From: Rotaria socialis
Taxonomy: Eukaryota
DNA length: 39,396 nucleotides
Assembly (NCBI GenBank): GCA_905331295.1
Contig: CAJNYD010000166.1
Coordinates: forward strand, 1 to 39,396
Reading direction: 5' to 3'
The translations under genes and the position numbers were made by a program. Positions within the stretch are counted from its first letter, which is position 1. Each line of letters starts with the position of its first letter. Under the pieces are notes generated by a model that saw nothing but the letters and a program-made list of their open reading frames with translations, was not told the origin of the DNA and made no database searches. This document shows, piece after piece, positions 38,963 through 39,396 of this stretch.

Positions 38963-39061
38963 CCCTAGTCAACTCTTCCTATAAGAATCCGTAGGGAGTC
39001 CCTAGGGATTTCTTTGTTTTGTGGGGACTCCCGGTAGTTGTCGGGAGAGAGTGGATTAGGG
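38963..39061. mobile_element. ~100-bp MITE, copy 2
   Basis: TA-CCCTAGTCAACTCT...AGAGTGGATTAGGG-TA, a 12/14 TIR match. Homologous to 22118-22219. Confidence 0.78.
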
Positions 39062-39396
39062 TATTGCTTTTAATAACCTTTGTTGATAATTTGGCAGACT
39101 TTAATATGAATACAGCTTGTAATTGTAACAAACTTTCAAAATGTAGGGGTACATATTTTGGAAAAATTTACAATTGATTTCGATCACAACTTTCGTAATA
39201 TTATTTGTGTTTGCATACGCGTTGAGTTTTTGATTGATATGAAAACTGAAACAACTAGATGGTATTCAAGTTTCACTCGAATACGAAATGCGGTGCGAAG
39301 CACACGAGCCGAATTTTCGAAAGTAGCGAGAATAAGATTTAAAAATAAATGATTCACTTTAAGATTCATTACAAACGTTTATTTTTTTTTAATTTC

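Overview
AT-rich eukaryotic genomic DNA with many short (~50-65 nt) GT-AG introns. The intron size, a cellular RdRP, a non-metazoan-looking gene and small DNA-transposon relics suggest a bdelloid rotifer (inference). Splicing by eye gives eight apparently intact genes. These are a MIER-like ELM2-SANT corepressor (-), an aconitase/IRP-family protein (+), UFSP2 (+), a divergent Dcp2-like Nudix hydrolase (-), a mitochondrial phosphate carrier (+), an RNAi-type RdRP (+), a GFRP-like protein with a poly-Glu tail (-) and a ninjurin (-). There is also a frameshifted GPCR pseudogene, a 1.44-kb hAT-like non-autonomous element with an 8-bp TSD, and several small CCC...GGG-terminated MITEs. The most notable gene is the IRP homologue. 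It looks catalytically dead and carries an insertion with the IRP2-type CPFH heme motif on its own symmetric 90-nt exon, i.e. an IRP2-like iron/heme sensor in an invertebrate. The phosphate carrier looks protist-like (HGT candidate). All family comparisons are from memory; no searches were run, and exon boundaries are manual.
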